A stretch of DNA of 64,000 nt from Catajapyx aquilonaris (GCA_000934665.2 KZ538053.1:62001-126000); one strand, 5' to 3'; counted from the stretch's first letter, positions 26,001 through 39,767 are shown. Notes: generated by a model from the letters alone, not told the origin. Numbers and translations are program-made.

Positions 26001-29000
26001 CGTATACTTTGGGTCACAGCTACATGTGATCGATGAGCTGCTGCTACTATCACGGATGAATGGCAAACATTATGATATGTATTGTACCCAGCAGTGCAAT
26101 AGTCTAATCTCTAATCCTATACAGGATGGCCTAAATATGCCTCTGTAAATTCACAATTCTTACAAGTCAGCTCATTACTAAAGTCAAGAAGATGTATGGC
26201 GCCATCTTCTGTTTCATATCTCCTGAATGAATTCTTTGTCTCCATGAAGACACCTTTGAAGCTCCCAAGTAGCAGATCGTTTCGAAGTAATTTAACACCA
26301 TCGCATCGCTGCGATTTGGAGAGTCAGCCGGTTGCTTCTGACTGACTGAGTCTCAAGCAGCACGATCGTAGCCGGTATAGAGGGTTGTGTTTCAGAAGCT
26401 TCATCGAATTGTCTACATGGCGTTTTTCTGGACAATGCTCAGCAGAAGCTGGTTGCTGCACTCGGACAGCAGGTACATGAAGTGATTGTAGCTGAAATTG
26501 TCCCCAATATCAATTATTTTAGCACTTTTTGTTCCTTGAAAGGCCCTGCCGTCACTTGAGAGTTAATTGGGGGTTACGTTGCAACGAGATGTGATCAAGT
26601 CTGTAATATTGCCTTAGCTATTAATTTTGATGGCACACGCGCACACCCAAATTAAGTGTTAATTTAGACCCCCTCAAATCATTGTGCATACACTTTAAAA
26701 CTTTTATTTTTGGAGGTCACTTGATTGTGACTTTGATCGTCGTGCATTTCACGTACTCAGCTGTTTGAATATGAGCGACATGGACTTAGTTCGTAAAAAA
26801 ATATTGCCCAGTTGCAGAAATAAGTGTTATTCAATGAGTTAACGCGAGCTTCTCGATTAGTTTTGGAATATGGCATTTTCGATTAATTATGAAATGTAAA
26901 TCAAAACCGGTAAAAAGTTGTCTGCGAAGATGATTAATTAAATAACCACAATAATTTTGCCCAATATAAGCGTAGAAATAGGGATTACTGCATAAACAGT
27001 AAAACAGATGTTCCTCGTATGGCTGCATCGGTGCAGAGTATATTCGTTGGCAGTATTTTTTCTCACGGTAAAATAGTTTCAAAATTGGCACTCCCATGAT
27101 TGTCTAAAGTATAGCCTCTAAAATTATCAAATACTGTAATAGTGTAGGTCATTGTGATAAAAATAACCAGCTGCCTAATATAGCCACTGGTGAACTTAAC
27201 TAGGTTAGGGTTAATATATTTATGGTAATTTAAAAATAGTGACCCTATAACGACCACCTCCATGAAAGCATTCACACCCTTGCTTGGTTAGTGTCAGCAT
27301 ATATTTCACCAATGCTGGCGCCAGTAAATTTATTCTTGTTAGCGTAAATCGGTCAGAAATGAGCTAGAATATCAATTTTTGTCCCCAATACGAAACGGTT
27401 CCGGGCCTGTTTGACAGAGGTAGCGAGATTCATTACCCAGCTGCCCGTCAAGCCTGACAGCCTTGGCGGATTGAAGTCAGTTTGGGAACAAGACTATCGA
27501 CCTTCCTGGCCCAATGCAGTATACTGCATAACAAGTACATGGCACCCTTGCCTGCCGCCTATTCATCACACAGGAAAACATCTGAATTCATGAATAACGA
27601 CCCCCCATCCCCATCTCCCTTAACGGACACATACACACACAGATCCTTCCTTTAAAATACAAGACGTTGCCCTGCTTGGCGCGAGCTTTTATGCATACCA
27701 TTAGTAATGGCAAGTTTGACAAGTAGACGTGACAGTGTTACAAAATATTTGAAGGAGCATCATCAGCTAACGCGGAGTCTTATTTTGGGACGTTCCTTAT
27801 TTATTCCCACAAATGAGTGTTCCCCGTACGGAATATTTGAACTTATGAACAAAAATTATTCATGTTCATAAGCCAAATAATATTTTAATGGTGCCAAGTA
27901 ATTTAATTCCAGTCTTCTGGACAACCCTTGTTGATCCCAGAGTGATTTTCACACCAGGCAAAATCGGTACGGGCGCCTCCTGAATAGGTATTAAATTCAT
28001 AGCAATCAATGTCCAGTTTCTTTGCTTGTAGCTGACATTCTCGCGACACTTGTAGCAGGCCGTAAAGCGACAGAAATTTTATCTGGTCGCAGCCCCTCCC
28101 AGCCTCAGGCACCGTGTAGGAGAGACTTTGATCCTTTGGAAAATAGAAGGAGCGAAAAGGCGCCCTCCCTGTGACATGTAATATCCCATCGCAGCAGTCC
28201 GTGGTCCTGGATTGATCCTTTGGCTACTCTTGAGTTCATATAATTCCGGATTTTTTGGCGGGTGGGCCCTGCTGTAGAAAGTCAGGGGAAGAGAAAGAGA
28301 TGGGGATTTGCGGCATTGCCCGCATAGCTGCCCAGGGGTTACGGCCTTCATATCAACTCGAGCACCTCCTTATTGAGCTTCATTCTTTGGCTTCTTCTAC
28401 ACTTTTTTTCTGTGACTCGCTTATGTACTCAGGGGGAACAAAAGGTTTAAAATAAAATGGGCCTTATATGCCATTGGTGGTAAAGGATGTCAGTTAATAT
28501 CAGAGAAGACAGAAGGCTGTAAAAGTATCAAGTGTCCTATCAGGTATACGTCCTTTCGAGTGATTTTATCTTTTATTTTTAAGATCTAGATGTAACCATG
28601 GAACTTCAGTTAAAAATGCGATATCGTCAGGCAATCAGAAAAGCAGATCGCATCCACTGTAGGCTACACTGCTTGATGCAAATTTTTGTTATGTCAACAA
28701 GATCACCGACCTGACCTTCGTTTTCTCTTGCAATAGAGCTGTGTCAATGGCCTCGCCAGTTAGCGGCATGTTGTTTTAATGCCATTTTCATCCATTATTT
28801 GTATCGTGAAAGCTGGCAGAGTTCTAACTTGTTCGTATGTCTGCTGTTAGACGAGGTTTAAGCTAGCTTCATGCCCTCCCGGTTTCGCAAAACCAAGTTT
28901 CATAGTGAAAAATACCCTTTAGGTCTATTAAAGCCCATGTATTACATTGCAGTCCTATGAAAACGTGAAAATATCAGGTTGAGTATGATGTATACTGTAG

Positions 29001-31768
29001 TCACATTGGGAATCATGTTGAACCGTGAGGGTTGAAATATCCTTCATGGGATTTTAAAATACAAGGGGGGGGAATATAACTGCTGTAGCAGAAAACTGAC
29101 TTGCCTATCAGAAAGTACGTTTTGAGAACTATATTAAACCTTCCTATCTCAATTTAGACCTAAATGTAACTGTTCTGCATTTCAGTTTTTCACATGTCAA
29201 GAAAGAATGTGCAATTCCCAAAGTTAATAGTTATGCACTCTAATATCAAAATCCGATAAAGCAGGGGTTTTCACTTTTGGTCGGTTTGGTTACAGCCAAC
29301 AATAATGCCTTCAAAATAATCATCCCGCATTCGAGATAAAAGCGTTTATTATTCGGAGTTAGTAGAATACACAATAGAGGTTTCACTGTAGCATTTCACA
29401 GTAATCGCTAATAACGAGAGTTTTACTGTGTGCTGTTGGCCATACAACAATAAGAGGTTGGTCTCACAAGCCTGAGCAAAAATATTTTCCAAGGATTTTC
29501 ACTGAAGCAGAGTGAAAGAATTGCCAAAATGATAGTTTGTAATGGATGGCCAAATAGCAGCATTTACAGTATTATGGAAATTAAATGTAGATTTCCCCGA
29601 TATTGACATAAATAAAATTACTGATTTCCGCGTTACTGAATTTTAGAAAAATTCTGATATTGATGTCCATGGAAATACGACAACAGATCATAATAGGTCA
29701 CAAAATTATCATTAACTTCAGCAGTTCTTTGACGGTTAATTTTTCGTAAACGTACAGATATTCATGACAGTGAAGGTGATAAATATATAGCCTACATGCA
29801 GTCAACCTCCATGTTGGGTACCCATATAAAGCCTCGGCGTAATTACAAGGCCCTTTACAGTACCCACTTTACTGCCGCACCTATTTGCGGAAAATTGCAA
29901 GCGTTTGCAAGTTCATAAGTAGTTTGGAAATTTTACTACAGGTCTAGTGCAAAACCACCAACTTGGCCCATCTTCTCTCCGTCTCGATTGCTGCTGTTGG
30001 GAAACTTCATAAGCCTCTGAAAGACAGGGGGTAAGAAAAAAACGGAGCGAGTAATTTGTAAAACGAGAGTTAATCAGCATCGATCGAAAGTGGCTTATAT
30101 GGAGGCCGCAAGTTTGGTGCAAACGACATGTTTCTCTCAGAAGTAAAGCGCATTAATTAGACCACCAAGGTCGGCATTTCCATTTTCTTCCCATATTAAT
30201 GCCCAACCCTGCTGCACCCGCATCTCTCTCCTTCCTCTTCTACTTGGCCACTCAAGTCATAAGAATCCTCATCCTCCACTCCTCAATGAATTGTGCTCCC
30301 ATTTGCTAATCCTTCACTTTGCAACTTAAGTACCACAGTCCCAACTCTTTGTCTTATCAATGATGAGACGTGGAGGAGGTGGTGGAGATGGGATCTTACA
30401 AAGTGCTCCCAGCACAATCAATTAGGGGCTTGACTTTTGTCTCCAGTAAGACCAGCCTTCATCCTTCTACATAATTTCCTACCACCCGTGAATATTTCTC
30501 CTCATATTATATGAGTAGGCCTATAATATTTGACTGGAATTACTTAGACTGGCAGTTAGAAAGTATCGGTACCAGATGATGTGTCTCAACTATCAAGTTG
30601 ACAAACTTTCAGAGTGAATTACTGGTCACTGGAGGATCATTTATGCCAAGATGTTATTTAACCTAACAAAATGATGGTTTTTCGCGTTTTTGCAAAGATT
30701 TGCGAAAAATTCGCGTGCTTTGTCATTTGGGGGACGAGACGTAAATATACTAGTGAATAAGTTCGTATAGTGTCCAGGCTTGATCCTGAGGCTATCTATG
30801 TGACCCTCCTCTCATGTCATACACAGTGGAAACTCTCAGATGCACAACAGGGTGGCGCAGAGGGGTGTTTCGCGCCTACTCCAATTTTTTGTCATTCTGC
30901 CTGCTTGACAAAAAATTATCGGTACGTAGCCTTGGCACCGCGAAACAAAGCAGTACATAAGCACATAGCATGAATTACGTCACAGGCCTGCCAGGCGAGC
31001 AATATTGATAAACACACAAGACACAACCCCTCACGAGTGTAAACATCCTTGAGCCACAGCTATTCAAAACCCGCGCGGAGCATGCGCCCCTCCATCCAAA
31101 TGGAGGCCGGCGTTGAAGTGCGCAGATGCCCGCCAGCCGCTAATTGTCATTTACGAACATTATTTATTTATTTTAAAACTATTGAATGTTGATAATACTA
31201 CTGAAGTGGGAACGGGGGACGGGGGGAGGGGGATACGTAAATTTACAATAAACATGAGGTAATTTCGTAATTTGATAACTGCATGGTGTTTTCCCCTTCA
31301 TACTATTCATCACCAAATGGCCACAATTACTTGCCCAAAATCGTAATATTATTCGGCCACCCACCAAGAAATGGAAAATGTGGGCTCATTAACAAGATAT
31401 GATGAAAAGTTTCGATTAAGATTATCTGGACTAAAATTATAATGGATAATTATGAATAGTAACAATAGAGGTAGGAGGATACCAAAGTTGAAGTTATTTT
31501 GACAGTTAACAACTGAAATAAATACTATTATATTTTGGGAAGTGAATTTCTGTGGGGTCAGGCAAAGATTGCTGCCGCTACGTTTATTTTTTACTTAGGG
31601 GGATGTAAAAATGCTAATAATGAATCTCAGGGGCCACACAAACCCAAAACAGGATTAAAATTAATGACAAAAAATCTACCACGGAATTAATATATATTTA
31701 TGGCTAATAAATTTTTTCAAAATTGATACACCACAATGACCACATTGATACCACATTTAACGGTGTTA

Positions 31769-33507
31769 TCTATTACATATTTCAAGACGTATATCATCTG
31801 TCTATCTGTCTGTCTGTCCTTTGTCCGCTCTTAAAATCCATACGGAGGCCTTGACATATGCCCCAGGGAATGATTAGGGGTAGTTTTTCACTGGGAAGGT
31901 TTAAGCACATTGGATTTGACCTCCGAGGTCATCCTTGGCCACAGGAGGCGAACAGGACTTTGGGACATTGGCCCCCTGTTTTAATAAGGCGCATTGTGGT
32001 ATAAACAACTCCTGTTCAGTTGCCGGGGAAACTGTCCTTCCCTTTCTCTCAAGGCCGAAGGGGTCACATCGCCCTCTCCCCACTGCCACCTCCAACCCAT
32101 CCATTCCATTCCCACTATCCACTCAACCCTGCCCATCAACTCCTCCATCCGCCCCCAGTCCCTCCCTCCTCCACTGTTGTTCCACCCCCTCCTCCTCTAC
32201 ACCCCCACCTTTCTCTGCCCCCTTCCGAATTTCGCATTCAAAACAAATCAATAGAACAGGCCTGTTGCCATAGATGCGCTCCATTGTTGTCACTCTTCAA
32301 TATGGTTGTCTACAATATGATGCCATTTTCAACTTGGCCCTCATTGCCATCGAGGACAAAGTCATGTCCATGGGAGGAAAGGACCTGCAGTCATTTGGCC
32401 TTCCTCAGGCTCACCACACTCAAGTTGACAACATTTGTCGTGAGATTCTACTTGAGACCAATAATTACAACACCGAACAACTCATCCAAGAGGTTGCTAT
32501 TAATGAACCAAAGTTGCTACTAGATCAGAGATCTGCTTATTCGACAATAGTAGACAATGTCCAGGGTCAGAAAGGTGGAGTTTTTTTTCCTTGGTGCACC
32601 AGGAGGGACTGGTAAAACATTTGTGACAAATGCCCACTGTTGTTGGCAAAAGTTCGTCAGGATCAACAAATCGCACTTGCGGTTGCCTCTTCTGGCATCG
32701 CATCTACTCTTTTGCCTGGTGAGAGGACTGCTCATGCAGCATTCAAACTTCCTCTAAATTTAGCTACACAGGAAAATGCAACGTGGAACATCAGCAAGGG
32801 TACCGGGGTGGCACAACTTTTGAGTCAGTGCAGGTTAATTGTTTGGGATGAGTGCACCATGTCTCACCATCCAGCTTTTGAAGCTCTGGACAGGACACTG
32901 CAGGATATCCGGGAAAGCAAAAATATTATGGGTGGAGTAACTTTGGTTTTGGCTGGGGACTTCAGAGTTCAGACAAACATTGCCTGTTGTTCCACGAGGC
33001 ACACGAGCCGATGAGATAAAAGCTTGCCTAAAGTCTTCTTATCTCTGGACTCGTGTTCTAAAATTCCATCTCTCTACGAACATGAGGGCCTATCTGCTTG
33101 GTGACTACTCAGAGGAATTTGCACGTGACCTGTTGAAATTAGGAAATGGCCAATTTAGAACTGATGCCCTATAGGAAATGTTGACATGGGATTGATCGGT
33201 ACAAAGGTGTCCTCTGTCAATGAATTATCAAATTTAAGGTCTCTCCCAATCTTTGCCTCAACTACCAGAGACACAGTTGGTTGTGTGAGAGAGCAATATT
33301 AGCTCCGAAAAACAACACCGTCAATCTTATTAACACACAACTTCTCAACCAACTACCTGGTCCTTCCCACTGTTACAAGTCTGTGGACACAGTCCCAGAC
33401 GAGGCCCAGGTTAAGGTGTACCTATTGCAAAGGTCCAAATCAATGAGTCACTCCTATATATGGAAAAGTATTTTTCATAACCAGAGCAACGCCGGGTATC
33501 CTGCTAG
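31769..33507 (+). mobile_element. Internally deleted Helitron
   Basis: A|TC 5' end followed by (CTGT)n; 3' hairpin CCAGAGCAACGCCGGG and CTAG|T; encloses a helicase relic. Confidence 0.85.
32270..33410 (+). pseudogene. Helitron RepHel PIF1-family helicase fragment, frameshifted
   Basis: Motifs spread over several frames: FFLGAPGGTGKTF (Walker A), AVASSGIASTLLPGERTAHAAFKLP, LIVWDECTM, AFEALDRTLQDIR, LVLAGDFR, PVVPRG, LSTNMR, ERAILAPKN. Confidence 0.92.
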
Positions 33508-33742
33508 TTTATTAATAAATGAAAATGTGATAATATTGTTTGTTTAGAACTCAGTGCGATGAAAATTTCAATTCGATTAATGTAAAATAGCTTTAAAATT
33601 CCTTAATTAAAAAATGCACAGATAATTTCAAATCTGCATGGGATTATTAATGTTTATGAATTCCGTGGTAGATTTTTTTGCAATTAATGTCAATACAGGT
33701 TTTGGGTTTGTGTGGTCCTTCAGGTTCATTATTAAAATTTAC

Positions 33743-35535
33743 GAGCCGAATTCAGAGAGATGCCCTAAACGCATGGGTTAACTAAACGTGCGGTTAGAGC
33801 TTTTAATGAACCTCTCATACAAAGACCTCTAATGGGGGCTGAGTACTGGAAAGCCAAGAAAAGAGTGGAGTGTGACTCCATGGAAGTCATAACATAATTT
33901 CCAGGTGACCAAATGGTAGTTGTCCTGCCATTTCCTGCAAGAATGATTATTGCAACAAAATGGCAGGACAACTTATGGAATCAGTAGGTTTGAACATGGA
34001 AAAAAGTGGATGTAAGTCCACCACTGATTCAATTATTACATTTGATAATAAATTACAACATGATTTTTCACAATTCCAGTGTTTTTATTGTTCTGATGCC
34101 ATACATTGCTCGGGGCATTGCTAATTTCAAGAAAAATGCTGCCTTATGATGTTTCTCCTGATCATTTCTGCACGCATATTAGTTGGATGGTTGTAGTTGT
34201 CGGGTTCCTCCTCATCACTCCCTGATGAGTCCTCTTCATCTTCTGAGTCACTTGACCATTCATCGCCTGTAACAAGCCAGACATTACCATTAAGACCCAA
34301 GGTCCATTCACCCTATGTATTACATGCACAATGATTTACCATTTAGAATCAAGTACGTAATACAGGATGATTCACTAGTTAGGCTCAGGTTAGTGTTTCT
34401 CGAGCAAAATTATTCTGTCAAGAAAAACTTGTGTGTGGATACTGGGCTTAAAAGGTAATATTTCTCTCTACAGTACCGGACAAAATTGCATATTATAAAT
34501 GTAAACATAAAACAACGGCGTTGGTGCGTGTTCTGACATCGTCACATGGAGGTCGCAATAAAGAGTTCTTTCTATTGTTGGCACTGTTTAGAGGGAGCGA
34601 GTGATGCTGGGGTACCTGGCGATGGGTTACATTAATGACATGCAATTATGTCTGGTAGTGTAGTACCATGTAACTCTTTACACTTGTGGGGATATTCACA
34701 AAGGGTAGTGTACAAAAAGAAGGCACAAACCTGGTGAGGAACATTGAAACAGCTAATGCAACCACTGATGAAGTGAATCTGCACATGATATTTGACAGGA
34801 GGGAGGTGCATTAGGTTGTGTCTGGCTGTGTCCCAACTCACACGGAACGTAAAGGGTGATGACATCACGGTAGGTGCTCAAAGTGCCTCCACTGACGTCC
34901 AGAGCTCCAGACACAACCTACTGTAACTCATCGCTCCAAGCTGTCAAAAGTCCTGTGCAGTGTAACATGGATAACTACACACACACACACACAGACCTGT
35001 CTTCACTAAGGTGTGGGGACGTGGAAACTGAACTTTTCGGAGCGAGTGTAACGTAACGTAACCTAACCTACCCTAACTAACCTAGGCTGAGAGAAATGGA
35101 CTTTTGTGAAACCCTGCGAAATGAAATAGTGGGGACATGTCCCCACTGTAACGGTGATATTCTCGTGGGTCAAGCTGTGGGGACCGAAAATGTCCCCAGA
35201 GTTACAGTAACATGCCTGTTTCCGTCCCCAGACCTTATTGAAGACAAGACCACACACCTACTCCTGCATAAAATGCTCATTTTAGTTCCTGATACAATTG
35301 GCCACCAACATGCAACTGTATGGACATGAAGCAGTACCCGCCTGTACATAAATATTTCCAGAGATTGAACAATCAACATCATAAATTCCCTTACCCTACT
35401 TTCTCTTTCCTGGGTCGCAATGTTGTGAAGGACAGCAGTTGCGGTTATGATTGTCTTGACATTTTCAATGCGGTAACGCATTGAGCGTGACAGACACTGG
35501 AACCTGCCTTTCCATATGCCGAACAGCCGTTCTAC
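33743..35535 (-). mobile_element. Degraded PIF/Harbinger transposon relic
   Basis: Minus-strand VERLFGIWKGRFQCL...IITATAVLHNIA (HARBI1-type C-terminal motif, ~35535-35400), an acidic tail segment at ~34270-34150 and a GAGCCGAATTCAGAGA terminus at ~33743. Extent inferred. Confidence 0.6.
34994..35250. mobile_element. MITE inserted in a (CA)n tract, with internal (TAACC)-like repeats
   Basis: Arms TGTCTTCACTAAGGTGTGGGGAC / GTCCCCAGACCTTATTGAAGACA, flanked by ACACAC on both sides. Confidence 0.65.
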
Positions 35536-35647
35536 GGGATTTCTCGTCCGGGCTTGGGCTTTGTTGTACCTGACAAAGAGATTTTCCTCAGTAAATTAAT
35601 CAAAATACTGTAGGTGGCAAATATTGTGCCTACTTTGTAAATGAAAG

Positions 35648-36209
35648 TGTGCGGACGACAGGCGTTGTCGTGGAGAAGGATGACCCCAGCAATGAGCAAT
35701 CCTGGTCGCTTCCACCTGATGGCCTTCCGCAACTTCGCCAGGGTCACTGCGTATCTCTCCGAATTGATAGTCGTCACTTCCAGGATTGCTCACTGCTGGG
35801 GTCATCCTTCTCCACAACTCCCGTCCGCACACATCGAGGGACACCATGGCTTTGCTGAATGGATACGACTGGGAAGTTCTTCCTCACCCACCCTATAGTC
35901 CCAACCTAGCCCTCACAGACTATCACTTATTCAGAGCCCTGAAAGCAGACATGGCAGGTCGGCATTTCTGAAGCGACAATGGGGTGAAGAAGGCTGTGCG
36001 TGACTGGTCCTGTCAACAGGGCAGCCCTTTCTATTGGAAAGGGATTGAGAAACTGGTCTGCCGATGGGCTAAGTGCGTTCTTTGGTGTGGAAACTATGTC
36101 AAAAAGTAGATGTCCATTGTCCTCATGTACTCGGTAAGTTTCGTCATTTGTGTTCATGCAGAATAAACGTTACAGCCTTGGAAACCTTACTTTCTGATCA
36201 CTCTTCTTA
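35648..36209 (+). mobile_element. Mariner transposase relic (3' half) with an inverted duplicated segment
   Basis: + strand GVILLHN..RPH, WEVLPHPPYSPNLALTDYHLFRALK...GNYVKK then a TIR-like end; - strand TINSERY...LRKAIRWKRPGLLIAGVILLHDNA. Confidence 0.85.
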
Positions 36210-36508
36210 CATTCTGATTCAGTTCTCTTGTAGCCTATGCCTTTGAAGTAGGGCAACCAGTATTCATGTACTGTATTATTATATCATCCATCCTGCAGAG
36301 CTTCTTATCTCCAGTTAATATAATGTGACATTGTGAGCAGTAAATTCATTACAGAAATATGAAGACCTCAGGGGAAGAACGATCAACGTCCACCTCAGGT
36401 GAAATTGAGATATTCCCATTTCAAATTTCAAAGGCCCATAAGGTTCCATTTTAAATCCCACTTTCGGGGCCTTCCATTGTGACCTATGATCATTACTCCA
36501 CAACCATG

Positions 36509-36789
36509 ACCGAAGCAGTGGTAGCGGAGGGGATATGGTATCCGATTGCTAATCAGGAGGTCCTGGGTTCGAATCCCGGTGACCGCCGACCCTGACCGTG
36601 GTTTTCTGTGGTTTCCCGTGGTCTCACCAGGAAAATTCTGGGGTCGTGTCCGTAATTATAGGCCACAGCCACTTCCTTCCGTCCCTATCCCATCCCCATA
36701 TACGAGAAGTAAAAACGAAAGGAAGAGTTCCAGATAAAAAAATATGGTGGTATCCCACCCCCCTAAGAGGGCTCTAGCAAGGGGTACAA

Positions 36790-36849
<60 letters not shown>
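36509..36849 (+). mobile_element. SINE family S, full-length
   Basis: tRNA-like head, (ATT)n tail, TSD ATTACTCCACAACCATG (36492-36508 / 36850-36866). Confidence 0.88.
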
Positions 36850-36854
<5 letters not shown>

Positions 36855-37434
36855 TCCACAACCATGACCAAACCATCATATTATAGGCTACACTAGTGAA
36901 ACTATCTTCTGAGATATGTAACTCATACTTGACAAAAAGTGGACCTTGACCTTTCCGCCTCCGATGTCTTCATATTCTTGTGTTATATGCCATGTGCCCA
37001 AAGGTTGCTACACTTCCATAAATTTTTGTCATGTCTAGAATATTTCAGCTATTCAGACTTCCATTCCTTGTTGCATGTAATCAGTTTGCATTAACCCAAA
37101 TAAGCCAGAATTATTTTTGGTTAATTTTTTGTTATTTTTACAAGCAAAATGAAAAACTAACACAATAGGCTAACTAAAATATCTAACATCTGTAAAGTGT
37201 CCAGGGATTACAATTTTAAGTACAGTATTTCTAAATTCTAAATTATAATTTCTAAAGTCTAACTTTGTAACTGTTGAGGTGTTATAAGGGACAGCAAGTC
37301 TGGGTTAAGACAAACAACTAAAAAGTCATAATCCCAGGGTACTTATTTTTAATTAAACAGTTTTTAAGGCCTCCTGAAAAGTTGTAATTTCACCACATAA
37401 CATGTTTTTCCTATACAGCAACAATTTGACGGGC

Positions 37435-37610
37435 GCTTAACGTCGGCCTATTTCTGCAGCTAGGCTCAACACCGATGCCAGGGGGTGGTCCTCCTCCTGG
37501 AAATTTTGCCACTCTGGGGATCTTTAACGTGCACTCGCGCAATGTCACAAACACACGGGACCGATGGCTTTACTTCCCCTCCGAAGGAAGGCACACTCTC
37601 ACTTTTCTAC
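37435..37610 (-). mobile_element. SINE fragment with Meta-like central domain
   Basis: Reverse complement GTAAAGCCATCGGTCCCGTGTG...GTGCACGTTAAAGATCCCC; inverted partner at 38610. Confidence 0.65.
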
Positions 37611-38609
37611 CACCCGGAGAAAAGTCTGGATAATATAATTATCTGGAATATAGTCTGGAAGACGATATGCCATTGAAGTACTACAGTCTGCTTTAAACTT
37701 CCACCTGAGTGAAAATGAACTGCATGCCCGCCACTGATCCTTGAATTCAATGGGTTGAACCGAGTACAGCCATGCTCTACTTGGTTCAAGCCCGCTCAAG
37801 GAGTTGAACGGGTTGAAACCCCTTGATATTGAGCAGTGGATAAGTTGATCCTTTGTCATCTTCTGAGGCAAAACTTAATCAGTTGACAGTCCAAACGTCT
37901 TCTTGATGTTCTCCATCATCTCAACCTGGTGTCCGACCTATGGAAGGTGAAGTTTAACTCTACCCTGTTTTTTGTGTGGAGTTGCACTTGCTCCTCCCCT
38001 CGGGAGACAATTTCTGTATTGTATGTAACGAGGATAATGTCCTTCATTACTTTGACTATTCTCATCCCTGCAGATTTCCTTAAGGATGGTGCTATACGAA
38101 GCAAAATATACCTGATCAAGCCTAAATGTCAAATAGGAATGTTGAGGGTGATGCATGCACCACACAGCATTTAATTCTAGGTACTATTGTGTACATGAAC
38201 AAGGGTAAGGACTAATGGACTACATGTGTCACTTTTTAACATTCTGCACACCTTTATTAGAGGTTTTTTTTATAGCAAACACCTCTTGCAAATACGGGTT
38301 CTCCTCATTTTATGCTGGGGATTGGTTCCAGCAACATGCAGCACAAAGTGAAAAGGCGTAAAAGGAAACAAAATTATTATGCAAGTAAATGAGATAGGTT
38401 CAAAAATTTTCCCACAAACAATGATAATATTGCTGGTTTATTTAATGCCCAGTATTTGAAAAATGGTTGAAAAATAATCAATACGCATGTTAAATGGAGG
38501 TTCCATTCTGGTGTACTTGTAAGTGCTTGTGCATGCTTTAATTGGAGGTTGTCAGGTATTGAGGTCATTACACTACCCCTTACACTACAGTGGCTGTAGG
38601 CTGTAGTGG

Positions 38610-38765
38610 GGAGTAAGTAAAGCCGTCGGTCCCATGTGCTTGTGACATTGCGCGAGTGCACGTTAAAGATCCCCAGAGTGGCCAAATTTTCAGAAGGAGG
38701 ACCACCCCCTGGCATCGGTGTTTGGCCTTAGCAGCAGAAATAGTCCGACGTTAAGCCACACTGAT
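38610..38765 (+). mobile_element. SINE fragment with Meta-like central domain
   Basis: GTAAAGCCGTCGGTCCCATGTG...GTGCACGTTAAAGATCCCC...GACGTTAAGCC. Confidence 0.65.
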
Positions 38766-38780
38766 AATTACTGATAAGTA

Positions 38781-38951
38781 CAGTAAAACTCAACATGACG
38801 CTCTTCAATGGACTGCCCAAAAGTAGCGTTATAAGAGGGATAGCATTATATGCGTGAAAATTTACCTTAAGAAATGATCAAGTGACAGGAAACAGGGGCG
38901 TTAAAAGCGGGTAAGCGTTATATGCGGGATCGTTATATCAAGGTTTTACTG
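38781..38951. mobile_element. pogo/Tigger-type MITE
   Basis: TA|CAGTAAAACTC ... AGGTTTTACTG|TA with repeated GCGTTATA motifs. Confidence 0.6.
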
Positions 38952-39006
38952 TATACTTTACTGTAGTTAATACCAAGAGTTGTAACCATTATGGTCTATA
39001 TGAATT

Positions 39007-39589
39007 GAAGGGCTCGGGAGGAAAACTTGATAATCGCCAGTGAAAAATGCAAAAAGTTCTCGGCCTGGTTTTTTTCAGCAGAAACAAATGAAGCACGTAA
39101 GGTGTCCTCTGGTAGGAAGTACCTTCATGAGTGTTCGTGAATTTTTTCCCACCTGCAGAGAGAGTCAGTCGCTGGTAGTCAGCCTGTGAGTGACAGAGAG
39201 AACCTGTTGAAGTTTTATTTCCCGCAAAAATGACAGAACAACTTGAACAGAGTACGACCCACGACTCGTCACCAGTCATCACAGTGTTCAGGAAGTCGGG
39301 GTCACCGTTTGAGGAGTCCAGAATGTCCTGTGAGACTTGCAGCTCCATCGGTAGATAGCTTTGGCACGAATTGAACGTGTTAACCGGCATGCGGCCGTGG
39401 GCTCACAGGCGGACTGTTAGCGACTGGTGCTCTCTGCCGGCGAGAAAATATTCATGAATACTCATGGAGGTACTCCACACCTACCCACAAAAGGACACCC
39501 CCTGCGGTTCATTTTTTTCCGCGGAAAAAATCAGGCTGACAACTTTTTGCATTTTTCATTGGCAATCACGTTTTTCTCCCGAGCCCTCC
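39007..39589 (-). mobile_element. Mariner-derived non-autonomous element
   Basis: Long inverted arms AGGGCTCGGGAG...AAAATGCAAAAAGTT; internal minus-strand DPDFLNTVMTGDESWV (first catalytic-Asp motif). Confidence 0.8.
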
Positions 39590-39767
39590 AATTTAGGCAA
39601 TATTGTTCTTGACAATTAGTTCATAACAAATGGACATCAAGGTAGCCACCAGCAAGTGTTTGAGTATGAAATCAAGATCTGAGCTCTTCTTTTGTTCCAT
39701 CGTGCCAGGCAACAGATCTATATTGTTAGCTGATTATATAAGTAGAATTTCTGAAGTGAATACAGCC

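Larger units (their letters stand above)
31610..33740. mobile_element. Fold-back element interrupted by the Helitron
   Basis: CCACACAAACCCAAAAC...AAAAAATCTACCACGGAATT (~31630-31690) is inverted at ~33655-33720. Confidence 0.55.

Noticed and set aside
31038..31053. miR-30-like TGTAAACATCCTTGA
   Set aside because: No hairpin partner, and miR-30 is a vertebrate family; more simply a FOX-type GTAAACA word.
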